Positions 35,775 to 46,789 of a stretch of DNA of 64,000 nucleotides are shown in pieces. The DNA is from Blastocladiella emersonii ATCC 22665. Its lineage: Eukaryota > Fungi > Blastocladiomycota. Each line of letters begins with the position of its first letter. Position 1 is the first letter of the stretch. Below the pieces are notes generated by a model. The model ran no database searches, had not been told where the DNA came from, and was given only the letters and a program-made list of their open reading frames with translations. Both the position numbers and the translations under genes were made by a program. The stretch covers positions 2,728,001 through 2,792,000 of the forward strand of contig JANHCV010000002.1 of NCBI GenBank assembly GCA_025594325.1. Reading direction: 5' to 3'.

Positions 35775-38700
35775 TCATATATCAGTCGCAGGGTCGAGTG
35801 CTTCGGGATCAGCATCGGACGCGTCATCGCTCGGCAGCCGGATCGTCTCGGCAAACTTGAGCATCAGGCTGAGCACCGCGTTGCGGCCGCACTTGAAGAT
35901 CGACGCGCACCGGGCACAGCGCACGGTCCCGCGCCGAGACCGCCACGACAGGTCGAGCTTGCACTGGCCGTCGTTAGCCTCCTCGTCCGTTGCGAACGCC
36001 CAGCACACGGCGCACCGCTTGGCCGTGCCCGACGCGTTGACCGGGTACACCTCGATGTCGCGGCGCTGAAGCTGCACGGCCAGCTCGCCGGCGCGCGCAC
36101 GCTGCTCCCGGTGAGCGTGTCCGGCGCCACGCTGATGGCCGATCAGCACAATGGCACCCTCGAGGCGCGCCGCGAGCGCGTCGTAGTACCGCCGGTTCCG
36201 GTTCGGCGAGCTGGTGCAGGTACGCTGGATGCGGCGCCCATTACGGTGGTCGTGCGGGTTCGCGATGTCGTCGATCCAGCCGTCCTCGGCGACGACACGC
36301 CCGGCCTTAGGCGTCAGCGTGACGTGGACGCGATGAGGACCAAAATGCTTCTCCCACAGGGACCTACCCCGCTGCACGCGCTTGACCTGGGTGAAGCGGT
36401 ACCGCGGGCGCGTCGCGATCGTGTCGTAGCGGTGAAACCGGCCTTTGCCCGTCCGCGCGATCTCGCACATCTGCACGCAGAGCGGCGCGAGCCCCGCCTG
36501 CATCTCGGCCTCGGCCGCGTCCTGGTCGGCGTCGGGCACGTCGCGGACCCGTTCGCGCTCCACGTGCAGCGCGCGGGCCTTCTGCATCAGGCCGCGGAGG
36601 CGCTGGAACTCGCGGACCACGACCGTGAGCGCCGTCGCCTTGAAGCCACCCCCGATGTTGAGCACGACGAGGCGGCTGGCGTACGCCGGAATGTGAATGT
36701 CCTCGCCGACGCGGAACGCGCGCTTCCTGCTGGCCAGCATGCGGCGGCGGACGCGGAACGTCGGTGGGGCCACGGGCACGACGGGTACCGCGCTCAGGTC
36801 GGTGGCGGCGCCGTGCACGTCGTCGGAGCCGAGTACGTCGTGGATCGGGGCACGGCAGCCCCGCTGGAGCGGCGCGAGAAGCTGCTCGACGCGATAATCG
36901 GGCGCAACCTCGACGCCGGCGAGGACGGGCGCGTCGCTGAGCGGCAGCTCCAGCGCGAGCAGGGCGTGCTCGGATTCGGTCACCTCGCTCGGGTTGGTCA
37001 CGTACGCGGACGCCGGGTCGTCGGGCATCGGGAGGATCCCGTCGCTGTAGTTGTCGAGCGGGCCACACGCCCGTCGGTCGAGAGCGAGCCCGCGAACTTG
37101 TTGGTGGACCGCTCGTCAACATACAGGCTCCACAGCAGGTCATGACGCAGGATGCGGGCCATGTGGCGAAGCATGAAATCCCAGTGCCGCTTGCACCAGT
37201 ACGCCGAAGTGCGCTCAAACACGGCGACAAGGGTCACGTCGTCTGGGTCGGGCTCCTCGTCGTCAGAGTCGGGCTCCTCGTCGTTGTCGCGCGCGGTCTC
37301 GATCCGCGCATACGCCGCGAAAGGTCGCTCGAGCCAGCTGCTCACAACCGGCGACTGGGCCACGGCAGCACCGCCGTCGACGCGGTGGGCGAGCTGTACG
37401 AGCGTGCGGAACGGGATGTGCATCTCGCGGTCGCGGGCCGGGAGGACGGGCAGGACGGCCGGGCGCGGGAACGAGGCCGAGATCCGGCCGGCGTCGACGA
37501 GGCTGTCGCGTAACGCGCACAAGCGAAGCAGCTGGGTGATCTCGTCAGACTCGTGGCTCGGGTCGGCGACACCAATGGCGACCTGCACGTTCCACACGTG
37601 TCTAAGCTTGGCATCGTTGAGCATCGCGGGCGTCCACCGCCGATGATCCAGGACCCGGGTGGGGTACGGATCGCTGGCGGTACCGCCGGGCAGCGGCTGC
37701 GGCAAGGGCCTGCGCATGCGGACCCGGACACCGAGACGATGGCGGTCGACCTTGCGCGGCACCGAGGTGGAGCGGAAGAGAGGTTCGACACGGCGATAGC
37801 GCAACGGACGGCCGTGGCCGACTACAGCAGCTGCTGAATCAGGATTTCGCTCCCGCCATTCTTTGATAAGGTGCTTGACGATCCTGGAAGCGTCCCGGTC
37901 CGCCTCCGGCACAGCGAGGGCCAGGGCAAGCGAATCAATGTACTCAGTGACCCGCGCGCCGGCGTCGCGCAAAACGAGGCCCGCGAGACGGTGAGCAAGC
38001 GCGTCGATGATGTTCTCGAGGTACCGCGGCGGGACCGGCGGCTCGTCAGGCCGCATCTGCTGGTACTCGACAAACGTCGGGATGGGCACGCCAGGCGCGC
38101 CGGGCATCACAAGCCGGCCCACGGGCGCCCCCGTCGCGACTGAGCGAAGCATGTCGGCCAAGAAACGTTCGTCCAGCTTGACCGTCGTCCGCTCGGCAAA
38201 CCCCTCGGCCGCGCGGATGTGCTCGAGGTAGTGCTCGAAGAAGCACTCAAAGCGCTCGAGGATCACCGCGTGGCGCGCGTGCATGTCGCGGATGACGGGA
38301 ACGAGTCGCGCCGCGATTGCCGGGGTGCGAAAGATGGATCCGAGCCGCTTCGAGCTCGTGTAGTACTCGCCGGTACCGGGCCCGCGGCAGCCGCGGTAGT
38401 CGGGACCCGTTTGCAGAGCGCGCGGCAGGCCGGGGAGAGAGTCGTCTACGGGGTCTTGGCGGTCCACGCGGTCGTTGAAGTGGACAAGATCGGCACGGTG
38501 CGCTGTATCCGCGGCCTCGCGGGCGGCAAAGATGGCGGCGGCGGGCAGCGAGAGTGCCGGATCCGCAGTGGAAGTGGCATCGGGGGCGAGGTCGGTGAGC
38601 TCGGCGAGCGCGTGCTGGAAGGTGACAATGCCCGCGGTAGCAGCAAGCGGGCAAGCGTCGTCGATGGCGGCATCCATGGCATCGAGAGCGTCAAGCAGCT

Positions 38701-38776
38701 CCCGGTCGTCGTCGCCATCAACATCCATGTGGTCCTCGTCGAGGCCAAGTTCCAGACCGTAGCTCTCAAGAAGCAC
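35775..38776 (-). CDS. Fanzor1-like (eukaryotic TnpB) protein with non-catalytic RuvC; split in two frames at ~37060-37125
   Basis: Motifs in Fanzor1 order: N-terminal WED/REC-like KRLGSIF...LVPVIRDM...FECFFEHYL, VLPVLP...HIPFRTL, KFAGSLSTDG, RuvC-I-like RLVVLNIGGG, RRYYDALAARL..IVLIGH, VYPVNASGTAKRCAVC, VRCARC..FKCGRNAVLSL (Zn ribbon plus RuvC-III). Confidence 0.8.
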
Positions 38777-39538
38777 ACGAGCCTGCGAGGCCTTGAGCGG
38801 CGAGAGGCAGTCGAGCCGGAACGCCGTGCTGGGGATCGGCTACGGGCAGGGGAGGGCTCGCTAGTGAGCGGACATAGTCACGTGAGATTGCGGGCGTGCT
38901 GGGCCACGGACCGCTTTAGGCTTCATCAAGAGGTCGTTGCACTAAGGTACATGGGGTCGTTGCATGAGGGACTGAGGGTGCAGCGTCGATGCGAAAGGGG
39001 CGACCACGACGATGACCGGCGCGGTCGCTGCCGGGTCGCTGCGCCACCCGACCTCGCTCCTCGCCGAACACCTTTGTTGCCTTGAACTTTTGCATATATT
39101 CTTCGGCTTTTTCTTTTTACGAGACCGACATGTCCTTATAAAGGACACCCTGCGAACGGGCGGTCAAAGGGGCAAGGGAAGGGAGGGGAGAGGGGAGAGG
39201 AAAAAGCTCGGCCCGCCCTGACAAGGGCGCGACAGACCGGGTTCGGACCGGTCGACCGTGGGGGACGAGATAGGATTGGTGGGAGGAGGGGGTTCTTTTT
39301 CTTTTCTTGGTTAGGTTGTGTCGTGTTGTGTTGTGTTAGGTTGGGTTGAGGTGCCGCGCGACTGCACGCGGCCGAGATGCCGATCATAGAGCTACGGGAG
39401 CAGGGCAGGGACGTCAGTGACGGAGCGAGGGCGAGTACGGCAGCGAGTAGACGCGTACCCATTGGAGGAAACTCGACGAGCAGCGATACCGACACGCGCA
39501 CAGGACCGCGACACGACTCGGGGGCGTCGACGGGCCGC

Positions 39539-40591
39539 TTAGGGGCGGTTGAACGAGCTGCCGGGGAGACCCGAGGGGCGCTGGGGCGGGGTGCCGCCGG
39601 TCGGGGTGCGGTGGCCGGCGTCGCCCTGGTAGTCGCCCTGCTGCTGCTGGGCCTGCTGCTGCTGCTGGGCGGCCGCGTCGTTGGAGGCCGAGGCGGCGGC
39701 GCCGTCCTGGTTGAACTTGAGCACGGTCCAGTCGAAGACGTAGTCGTAGCTGTAGCCCTCGCGGACAAAGAGCTCGCGGAACAGGCGGCGCAGGTACGAG
39801 TAGTCGGGGCGGTCGTCAAAGCGCAGCGACCGGCAGTAGTTGAGGTAGATGGCAAACTCGTTGGGGAAGCCGCGGGCGAGGATCTCGGCGGGGGTGGTCA
39901 TCTTCTTCTCCATGATGCGGTCGTACTTCTGCTTCTTGGTCGCCGCCTTGAGCCCCTGCCACGGGAGGGAGCCGCGGCAGAAGTACATGAGCACGTAGCC
40001 GAGCGACTCGAGGTCGTCGCGGCGCGACTGCTCGACGCCGAGGTGGGTGTTGATGGAGGCGTAGCGGGCCGTGCCCGTGAGGTTCTTGTTCTCGCGGTAG
40101 GGGATGTGGAGGTGGGTGCGCGGGTCGCGGTACTTTTTGGCCAGGCCAAAGTCGATGACGTTGACGAGGTTGCCGCGGCGGCCGAGGCCCATGAGGAAGT
40201 TGTCGGGCTTGATGTCGCGGTGGATGAAGTTCTTGGAGTGGATGTACTCGATGCGCGACAGGAGCTGGTCGGCGAGCAGCAGGACCGTCTTGAGCGAGAA
40301 CTTGCGCTTGCAGAAGTTGAAGAGATCCTCGAGCGAGGGCCCGAGCAGGTCAATGACCATGCCGTTGTACTCGGACTCGGTGCCGAACCAGCGCACAAAC
40401 GGGATGCCGACGCCGCCGGCGAGGGCGCGGTAGACGCGCGCCTCGTACTCGAGCTGCGGGTGCTTGGCCTTGACGCTCTCGAGCTTGATGGCCACCTCCT
40501 CGCCGTTCATGATGTTGGTGCCGAGGTAGATGTCGCCGAACGAGCCGGACCCGATCTTGCGGCCAATGCGGTACTTTTGACCGAACAGCAT
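39539..40591 (-). CDS. HRR25: Casein kinase I (HRR25/CK1 delta-like)
   Basis: [68 protein letters not shown]. Confidence 0.98.
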   Translation of the reverse strand: MLFGQKYRIGRKIGSGSFGDIYLGTNIMNGEEVAIKLESVKAKHPQLEYEARVYRALAGGVGIPFVRWFGTESEYNGMVIDLLGPSLEDLFNFCKRKFSLKTVLLLADQLLSRIEYIHSKNFIHRDIKPDNFLMGLGRRGNLVNVIDFGLAKKYRDPRTHLHIPYRENKNLTGTARYASINTHLGVEQSRRDDLESLGYVLMYFCRGSLPWQGLKAATKKQKYDRIMEKKMTTPAEILARGFPNEFAIYLNYCRSLRFDDRPDYSYLRRLFRELFVREGYSYDYVFDWTVLKFNQDGAAASASNDAAAQQQQQAQQQQGDYQGDAGHRTPTGGTPPQRPSGLPGSSFNRP

Positions 40592-41748
40592 CTTGGAGGT
40601 TGGTGGGTGGGGGTAGGTTCTGGGGGAGAGAGATGGTGGTGTGGAGTGCGAAACTAGCACAACAGTACGGGGAAAGGGGGAGGGAGGGCTCTAAGAGGCA
40701 GCGTGCGGGGGAGCGTGAGTGCATTGCGCCGGCGGCCAAGTGACGCATTCGTCGAGCGCACGGGAGCGAGCGAGATGAGGGGCGAAGATGACGATGAGTG
40801 CGAGCAGCCAGACGGACGAGGACGCGCCGTGTATGCACACGCGGGAGGGCGCGTGCACGGCGTGCCGCGGCATCGATCGCAGGCGGGCGGTGGCGAGGAC
40901 CACGGTGCGGCGTTGCAGTGACGGCGCGTGACGGCGGTGGTGACAGAGTGCGCGGGCAGAGCAAGCTTTGGGCTTGCCTGCGCCACCCGAACACGGCCTG
41001 GCCCCTCCTTCATCGTCCGCCAGCTTCGACATGGAAGCGGGGGCGATCCCCGACGAGGAGCGCCGAAGGCGGCCGCGTCACACGAGCGAAGCGAGATGGC
41101 GGCGGCGAGAGACTGCCGCTGGTGATGAGGGCGCAGGTCGGGCAGCACCGACGCATCGACGAACGACACGCATGGCCGCTCGTCATGCGGCCGGTACATG
41201 ACCGCGCGCGGGGACCGGGCGGGCGCAGTGTCCATGGCTGATCATGTCCATCCATCGAGCGGAAATCGAGCGGGGAGGGAGGGGAACGGGTGCGGGGGTC
41301 GGTCAAGCGGCGTGATCGGGTCGTACCAGGTAGCGGTGGGCGGGTGGGGGAGGGACCGGGGTCCGATGCGCGCTCGCACGCACGGCACGGAGGGGATGGG
41401 GGGCGGGCGGGCGGGCGGACAGGCGACCGGCAGCAGTGGAGTGATACGAGTGCCCGAGCGAATCGGAGGGCGAGGGCAGGAGGGCGCGCCGGCGAAGCAG
41501 CGGCGGCGGCGGCGGCGCGGTGGCGACGGCGGCGGTCGCGGTGGGGCAGCGGTGGGGGGCGCCGAAAAAGCGTATAATTCGGGCCGCGCGCGCATCAGCT
41601 GACCACCACCCGCGTGGCTTGCACGCCCACTGTCTCGCGTTCGCGACGCGTCTCGCACCGCGGGTGCTCCGATCCGCCAAAGGCTCAAGGGGAGGTTGGG
41701 ATAAAGCGCTAGCGGCCTCTTTGATGGGTACAAAAAACGATACTACTC

Positions 41749-42963
41749 CTACTCCTGCTGGTTGGTCGCGGGCGTGAACTGCACGTTACTGATCTTGACG
41801 TCGGGGAGGTCGGTCACGAAATCGGCGCCAAAGGCCATGCCCGGGGTGGCGGGGCCCTGCTTCTGGCGGACGCGGCCGTCAAAGACGCGGCGCGCGGCCT
41901 CGAGCGACGAGTAGGCCGTGAACAGGTAGCCCTCGGGGGTCACGACCGAGGCGCTGGCCTTGGCGCCCGTGGTGGCGTTGCGCACCTCGGCCCACACGTC
42001 CATGTCCCAGTCGCGGCCGGGCGCGGGCGGCGGGCCCGTGGCAAACTTGCGGGCCACGGCGAGCGTCGCCGACTTGACGAAGGGCACGTAGCGCAGGGCG
42101 AGCTTGAACAGCGGCGCGCCGTAGTAGACGACCGAGTCGAGCCCGGGCAGTGACGGCATGAACTCGTCGATGTTGGGGATGCCCGTGGTGAAGAAAGTCG
42201 CGTACGAGCTGCCGAGCGGGGCAAACGACACGTACTTATCGCCGACGGTCGGGAACAGCACGCGGCGCGACTTGTAGCTGACGCCCGTGTCCTTCATGAC
42301 ACCGTTGACGCGGGCGCCGGCGGCCACGTCCGTGACCATGCTCTCGATGGCCGAGGCCGCGGTGCCGCCGCTGATCATGCCGTTCTGGAAGGCGAGCGCG
42401 ATCTCGAGGTGGGTCGCGCCGGGCAGGGCCTCGGCCAGCTTGGCGGCGAGGCAGTCCATGGGCACAATGTCGAACCCGACGCCGCTGATGGCGAGGATGC
42501 CCGCGGAGGCGATCTCGGCAGCGTATTTCTCGAACAGGATGCGGAACACGGGTTGCTCGCCCGTGATGTCGAGGTAGTCGCACTTGTTGCGGATGCACGC
42601 GTGCAGCATGGGCTCTGCCGTGTGCAAGAACGGTCCCGCCATGTGAATCACGACGCGCACGTCCGCGAGCGCCGCATCGAGATCGGCGTCGTTGTCGAGA
42701 CCGCACGCGCGCCAGGGTAGGCCGGCGGCGTCGGCGAGCGGCTCGACGTTGGCCTGCGAGCGGCCGGCGAGCACGATGCGCGACTTGAAGAAGGCGTAGC
42801 GCTCGTCGCGCACAATCAGGTCGACCGTCTTCTTGCCCGTGAAGCTACACGGCGCGGGGGGTCGGCGTCAGGGTGTCTGCATCGTGGGCGGGTAGGGGTC
42901 ATCGGCGCGGCGAGCTTACCCGGTGGCTCCGTAGAGGAGGATCTTGCTTCCTTTGCGTGGCAT
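41749..42963 (-). CDS. Saccharopine dehydrogenase-like oxidoreductase, 2 exons
   Basis: KILLYGATG, GTAAGC...GTAG intron, then FTGK; LAGRS, AGPF, YLDITGE, GVGFDIVPMD, ISGGT, TPGMAFG. Confidence 0.9.
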
Positions 42964-43386
42964 GGTGTGTGTGGATATCGTTTGCTCCGTGATCCGTTGC
43001 AGTAGCGGGGAGAGAGAGAGTTGGAGGGGGAGGGGAGTCGCGGGGGTCGCCCGGCGATCGCTCCAGTCAGCGGCGGCCGGTCGGCCTGCCGGTCGGCCCG
43101 GCTGAGTCGAGCGTGAGCTTGCCCTGCCTATTTCACGCGTGGGCGGCGGATCCGCGCGCCCGCGTGGCGGTGGCGTGACGCGCGCGCGTCGGCGCAACGC
43201 GTCGCATCCCCCCTCTCCCCCCCGCAAATCAACGCACGCAAGCAACGCACGCCCGACCCCGACGGAAACTTCATGCAGCGCCCCGCCTCGGCTAGCCGGA
43301 AGGGCCGACCGTCGACCGCCGCCTCCGCCTCCGCCTCCGCCTCCGCCCCTCTCCTCGCCGCCCCCTCCGACCCGCACGCCACCGCC

Positions 43387-45443
43387 ATGTCGTCCTCGCT
43401 CGGCGGCGCCCGCCCCGAGGCCGCCTACGCGGCCGCCTACGCCGAGGGCCGCTCCAGCGTCACGGGCACCTCGGACCTCGGCGGCGGCGGTCCGGACGAC
43501 AGCCGCGCGTCGTCGGCCGGCGCCACGTCCGAGGACCTGAGCTACGCAAAGTCGGTCGAGCGCTCGCTCAACCGCGCCGTCTCGGCCCGCACCAAGCAGC
43601 GCATCGAGGACAAGGACGCCCGCCTCGCCCAGCGCCTCGCCGAGCACGGGTCCCGCGCGCTCCTCCGCGGGGACGCGGACGACGACGAGGACGACGAGGG
43701 GTCCAGTGCGCTCGACGCGAGCGGGTCGGCCGCCGACGACGCCAACCGGCCCATCACCGCCCGCACCAAGCAGCAGCTCGACGACGACGGTACGCTCGCC
43801 TCCTCCTCTCCGCACCCCGCACCTCCGCTGCCTCAAGTGCCGACACCATAGCCGACCAGAAACCCTCGCCCGCCAACTCCAACTAGAAATGCTCTACGAC
43901 CTGCACGGCAGCTCGGGCAAGGGCGTGTCCGGCGCCGTGGGCGGCCACGCGTCGCCGCCCGCGCTCCAGGGCTCGTCCGGGTCGCTCCTGCGCGAGGGCA
44001 CCGCCACCGACAACCTCTCGGTCACGGGCCGGAGCGCCGCGCGCGGGAACGGCGTCGGCAGCACCTCGCTCTCGGGCAACCTCGCCGGCTCGCAGCCCGT
44101 CGGCCTCGGCAACGAGTACGCCGGCTCGGGATACGTCCGGCCCAGCCTCACCACCCTCGGCGGGCCCGCCGGCGAGATGGGCCGCACCAGTCCCACGGGC
44201 ATGGGCGGCGATCCCGACGGCAACTCGCCCAGCCCGAGTCTCCCCGGCCGCCAGTCCAAGGGCGGCCTGCAGCGGTCCACCAACGCCGCCGACCTGCTCG
44301 GCGAGAACACCGAGTCCGAGTCGGTCTGGGACACGGACAAGGACCAGATGGTCTGTTGCGCTCCTCACCTGTTTCGGTTCTGCTGCTAACTAGTTCTCGC
44401 CGTGTAGACGGACCACGGCTCGCCCTCGCCCGAGTACGCACCATCTTGCACACTCTCGCCGCACCCCCGACTGACCCTTATTTTGCGGCGGTAGACCACC
44501 CGTCAGCCCGAGCGACCTCGAGGCCCTCTTCTCGTACATTGGCCAGTTCAAGCCCGAGCCCATCGAGCTCGAGCCCGTCCTCAAGCCGTTCCTGCCCGAC
44601 TACATCCCAGCCATCGGCGACCTCGAGGCCATGATCAAGATCCCGCCGCCGGGCTCGACGGCCGCCGCGAGCACCACCACCGCGGGCAAGACCCAGTCGC
44701 CCGCCGTGGCCGCCGCCGCCGAGAGCAACCTGAGCTTCTACCACGACCTCGGCATCACGGTGCTCGACGAGCCCGCCGCCAAGCAGAGCGACCCGGCCGT
44801 CCTGCACTACCAGCTCAAGGCGCTGGCCAAGACGTCGGTGCTCGCGTCCGAGGTCGAGGCGCCCGGGCTCGTGCACGCGATCCTGGCCCACGACCCGGCC
44901 AAAAAGCTCGACGACTGGATCGCCAGCACCGACGCCCCCGACTGGACCGCGTCGCGCGCCGGCGCCGCCGCCTACGCGCCCGTCCGCGGCCGGTTCCCGC
45001 CCATTGACCGCCTCATGGCCGCGTGGGACGACGAGTTTGCCAGCGGGTCGTCGGGCGCCAACGACCTCATCCACGCCGCCACCCAGGTCGTCGACCCCGC
45101 CACGGGCGCCGGCCTCCTCGGCGCGCTCGACCTCCCGCTTGCCGACGCGGTACGTCTCGCGTGCGCTATCCTGCAGATCCCCGTGTACGCGGGCGGCGGC
45201 AAGGACGGCGGCAGCAAGGGCGCGGCGGGCGCTGCGGCGGGGAACAGCAGCAACCCGCGCGCGCTCATTGACGCACTGCACTGCTTCTTCGAACTGTATG
45301 CGGGGTTCAGCGAGAGCCAGCACTTCAACAACTCGGGCAACAGCATGAACGGGCTCGACGGGATTGGGTCCGGGTCCGGGTCGGGCATCGACATGACGGG
45401 GCTCGACACGGTCGTGTACCGGTCCGACTCCATGGACGAGTGA
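43387..45443 (+). CDS. IFT46: Intraflagellar transport protein 46, 4 exons
   Basis: LFSYIGQFKP..IELEPVLKPFLPDYIPAIGDLEAMIKIP, LGITVLDEP..QSDP.VL, LIDALHCFFELYAGFSESQHF; introns at ~43790-43859, ~44353-44407 and 44434-~44494. Confidence 0.9.
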
Positions 45444-45617
45444 ACGGGTCTTGCGCACTTGAATACTATATGCATTTCTCCGGAGATCGGCTGCGAGACA
45501 GGTGAGGAGACACGCGCGCGTGACCACGCGTCGCGCCACACTTCGGCGAACCGAGGTCGCGTCGACTCCTCTCGCTGCTGCTCCTCATAGACGAAAAGCA
45601 CATGTAATACGGCCACA

Positions 45618-46706
45618 ATGCCCCATGCAACCACGAGCCAGACGACCGAGAAGCCCGCGCGCGTCGCGCGCAACTGGCACGAGCGCGACGAGTGGAGCAA
45701 GAAGAGCGGGCTGCACGCCACGGTCCACTTCATGAACGGCGACAACTACACGGGCGAGTGGCTCAACAACCTGCGCCACGGCCGCGGCACCCACGTCAGC
45801 AAGGACAAGGGCTTCGTCTACGAGGGCCAGTGGGCCGACGACAAGCGCGCGGGGTTCGGCACCCTGTCGGTGCCCGTGCGCGACGGCGCCCCCGGCGACT
45901 CGCGGCTGTCGTCGTCGTCGTCGCTCTCATCCTCGTCCAGCTCGGCCGCGCGCGAGGGCCTCATGGGTCCCGCCAAGTCGACGAAGCCGCCGGGCCTCCG
46001 CGGGCTCGTCCCGCAGGCCATGCGCAAGGTGTACGCGGGCGACTGGGTCGACGACATGCGCAGCGGCGTCGGCACCGCCTACTACACGGACGGCGGCCGG
46101 TACGAGGGCCAGTGGAGCCGCAACGTGCGCAGCGGCTGGGGCACCATGTACTACGCCGACGGGTCGCGGTACGACGGCGAGTGGCGCGACGGCAAGCGCC
46201 ACGGCCAGGGCATCCTCCTTCTCGGTGCGTCGTTCCTCGCGGTCGCCGTGTCGTGGGGGCAGCGGCTAACCCGTGAGGTGTAGAAAACCTCGACCGCTAC
46301 GAGGGCATCTTCGTCAACGACATGAAGGAGGGCCCCGGCAAGTTCTTCTTCAAGCAGCGCCGCCAGGTCTACGAGGGCGAGTGGAGCGCCGACATGCCAA
46401 AGTGCGGCGTCATCCACGACCTCGAGGCCCGCGCCATCCGCGGCGGCGCCGGACTCGTCACCGACAGCCAGGGCAAGCTCATCAAGTCGCGGATCCCTGT
46501 CGTACGTTCGCTTTCTCGGTACTGCTCATCGCGCGCACAGACTAACTGACACCCGCAACCTGATCATCTAGCTTGAGCTCGCCGACCCCGAGGGCGTGCT
46601 GGCCGCGCGGCGGCAGGAGATCATGGAAGACCGCGTCGAGCGGCTGCTGCAGCCCGGCCGCAGCGGCGCGGGCGGCAGTGACGGGGATGATGATGGCGAC
46701 CAGTAG
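45618..46706 (+). CDS. MORN3: MORN repeat protein, MORN3-like, 3 exons
   Basis: KSGLHATV..NGDNYTGEWLNNLRHGRG and repeated YxGxW...GxG MORN units; introns at ~46226-46283 and ~46502-46572. Confidence 0.85.
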
Positions 46707-46789
46707 CGAAGATGGTGTTGAGAGGAATGAGCACGTTATATAGATGGGGGAGAGTTCCACTTGCTAGAGCACACACACACAGCGTCCGC

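Noticed and set aside
39300-39350. TTAGG/TTGTG-rich stretch resembling telomeric repeats
   Set aside because: Short, irregular, and in the CK1 3' region; simple low complexity.
45149-45177. Apparent GTACGT...CTGCAG mini-intron in IFT46
   Set aside because: Only 27 nt, and it encodes VRLACAILQ, which fits the conserved IFT46 segment before IPV.
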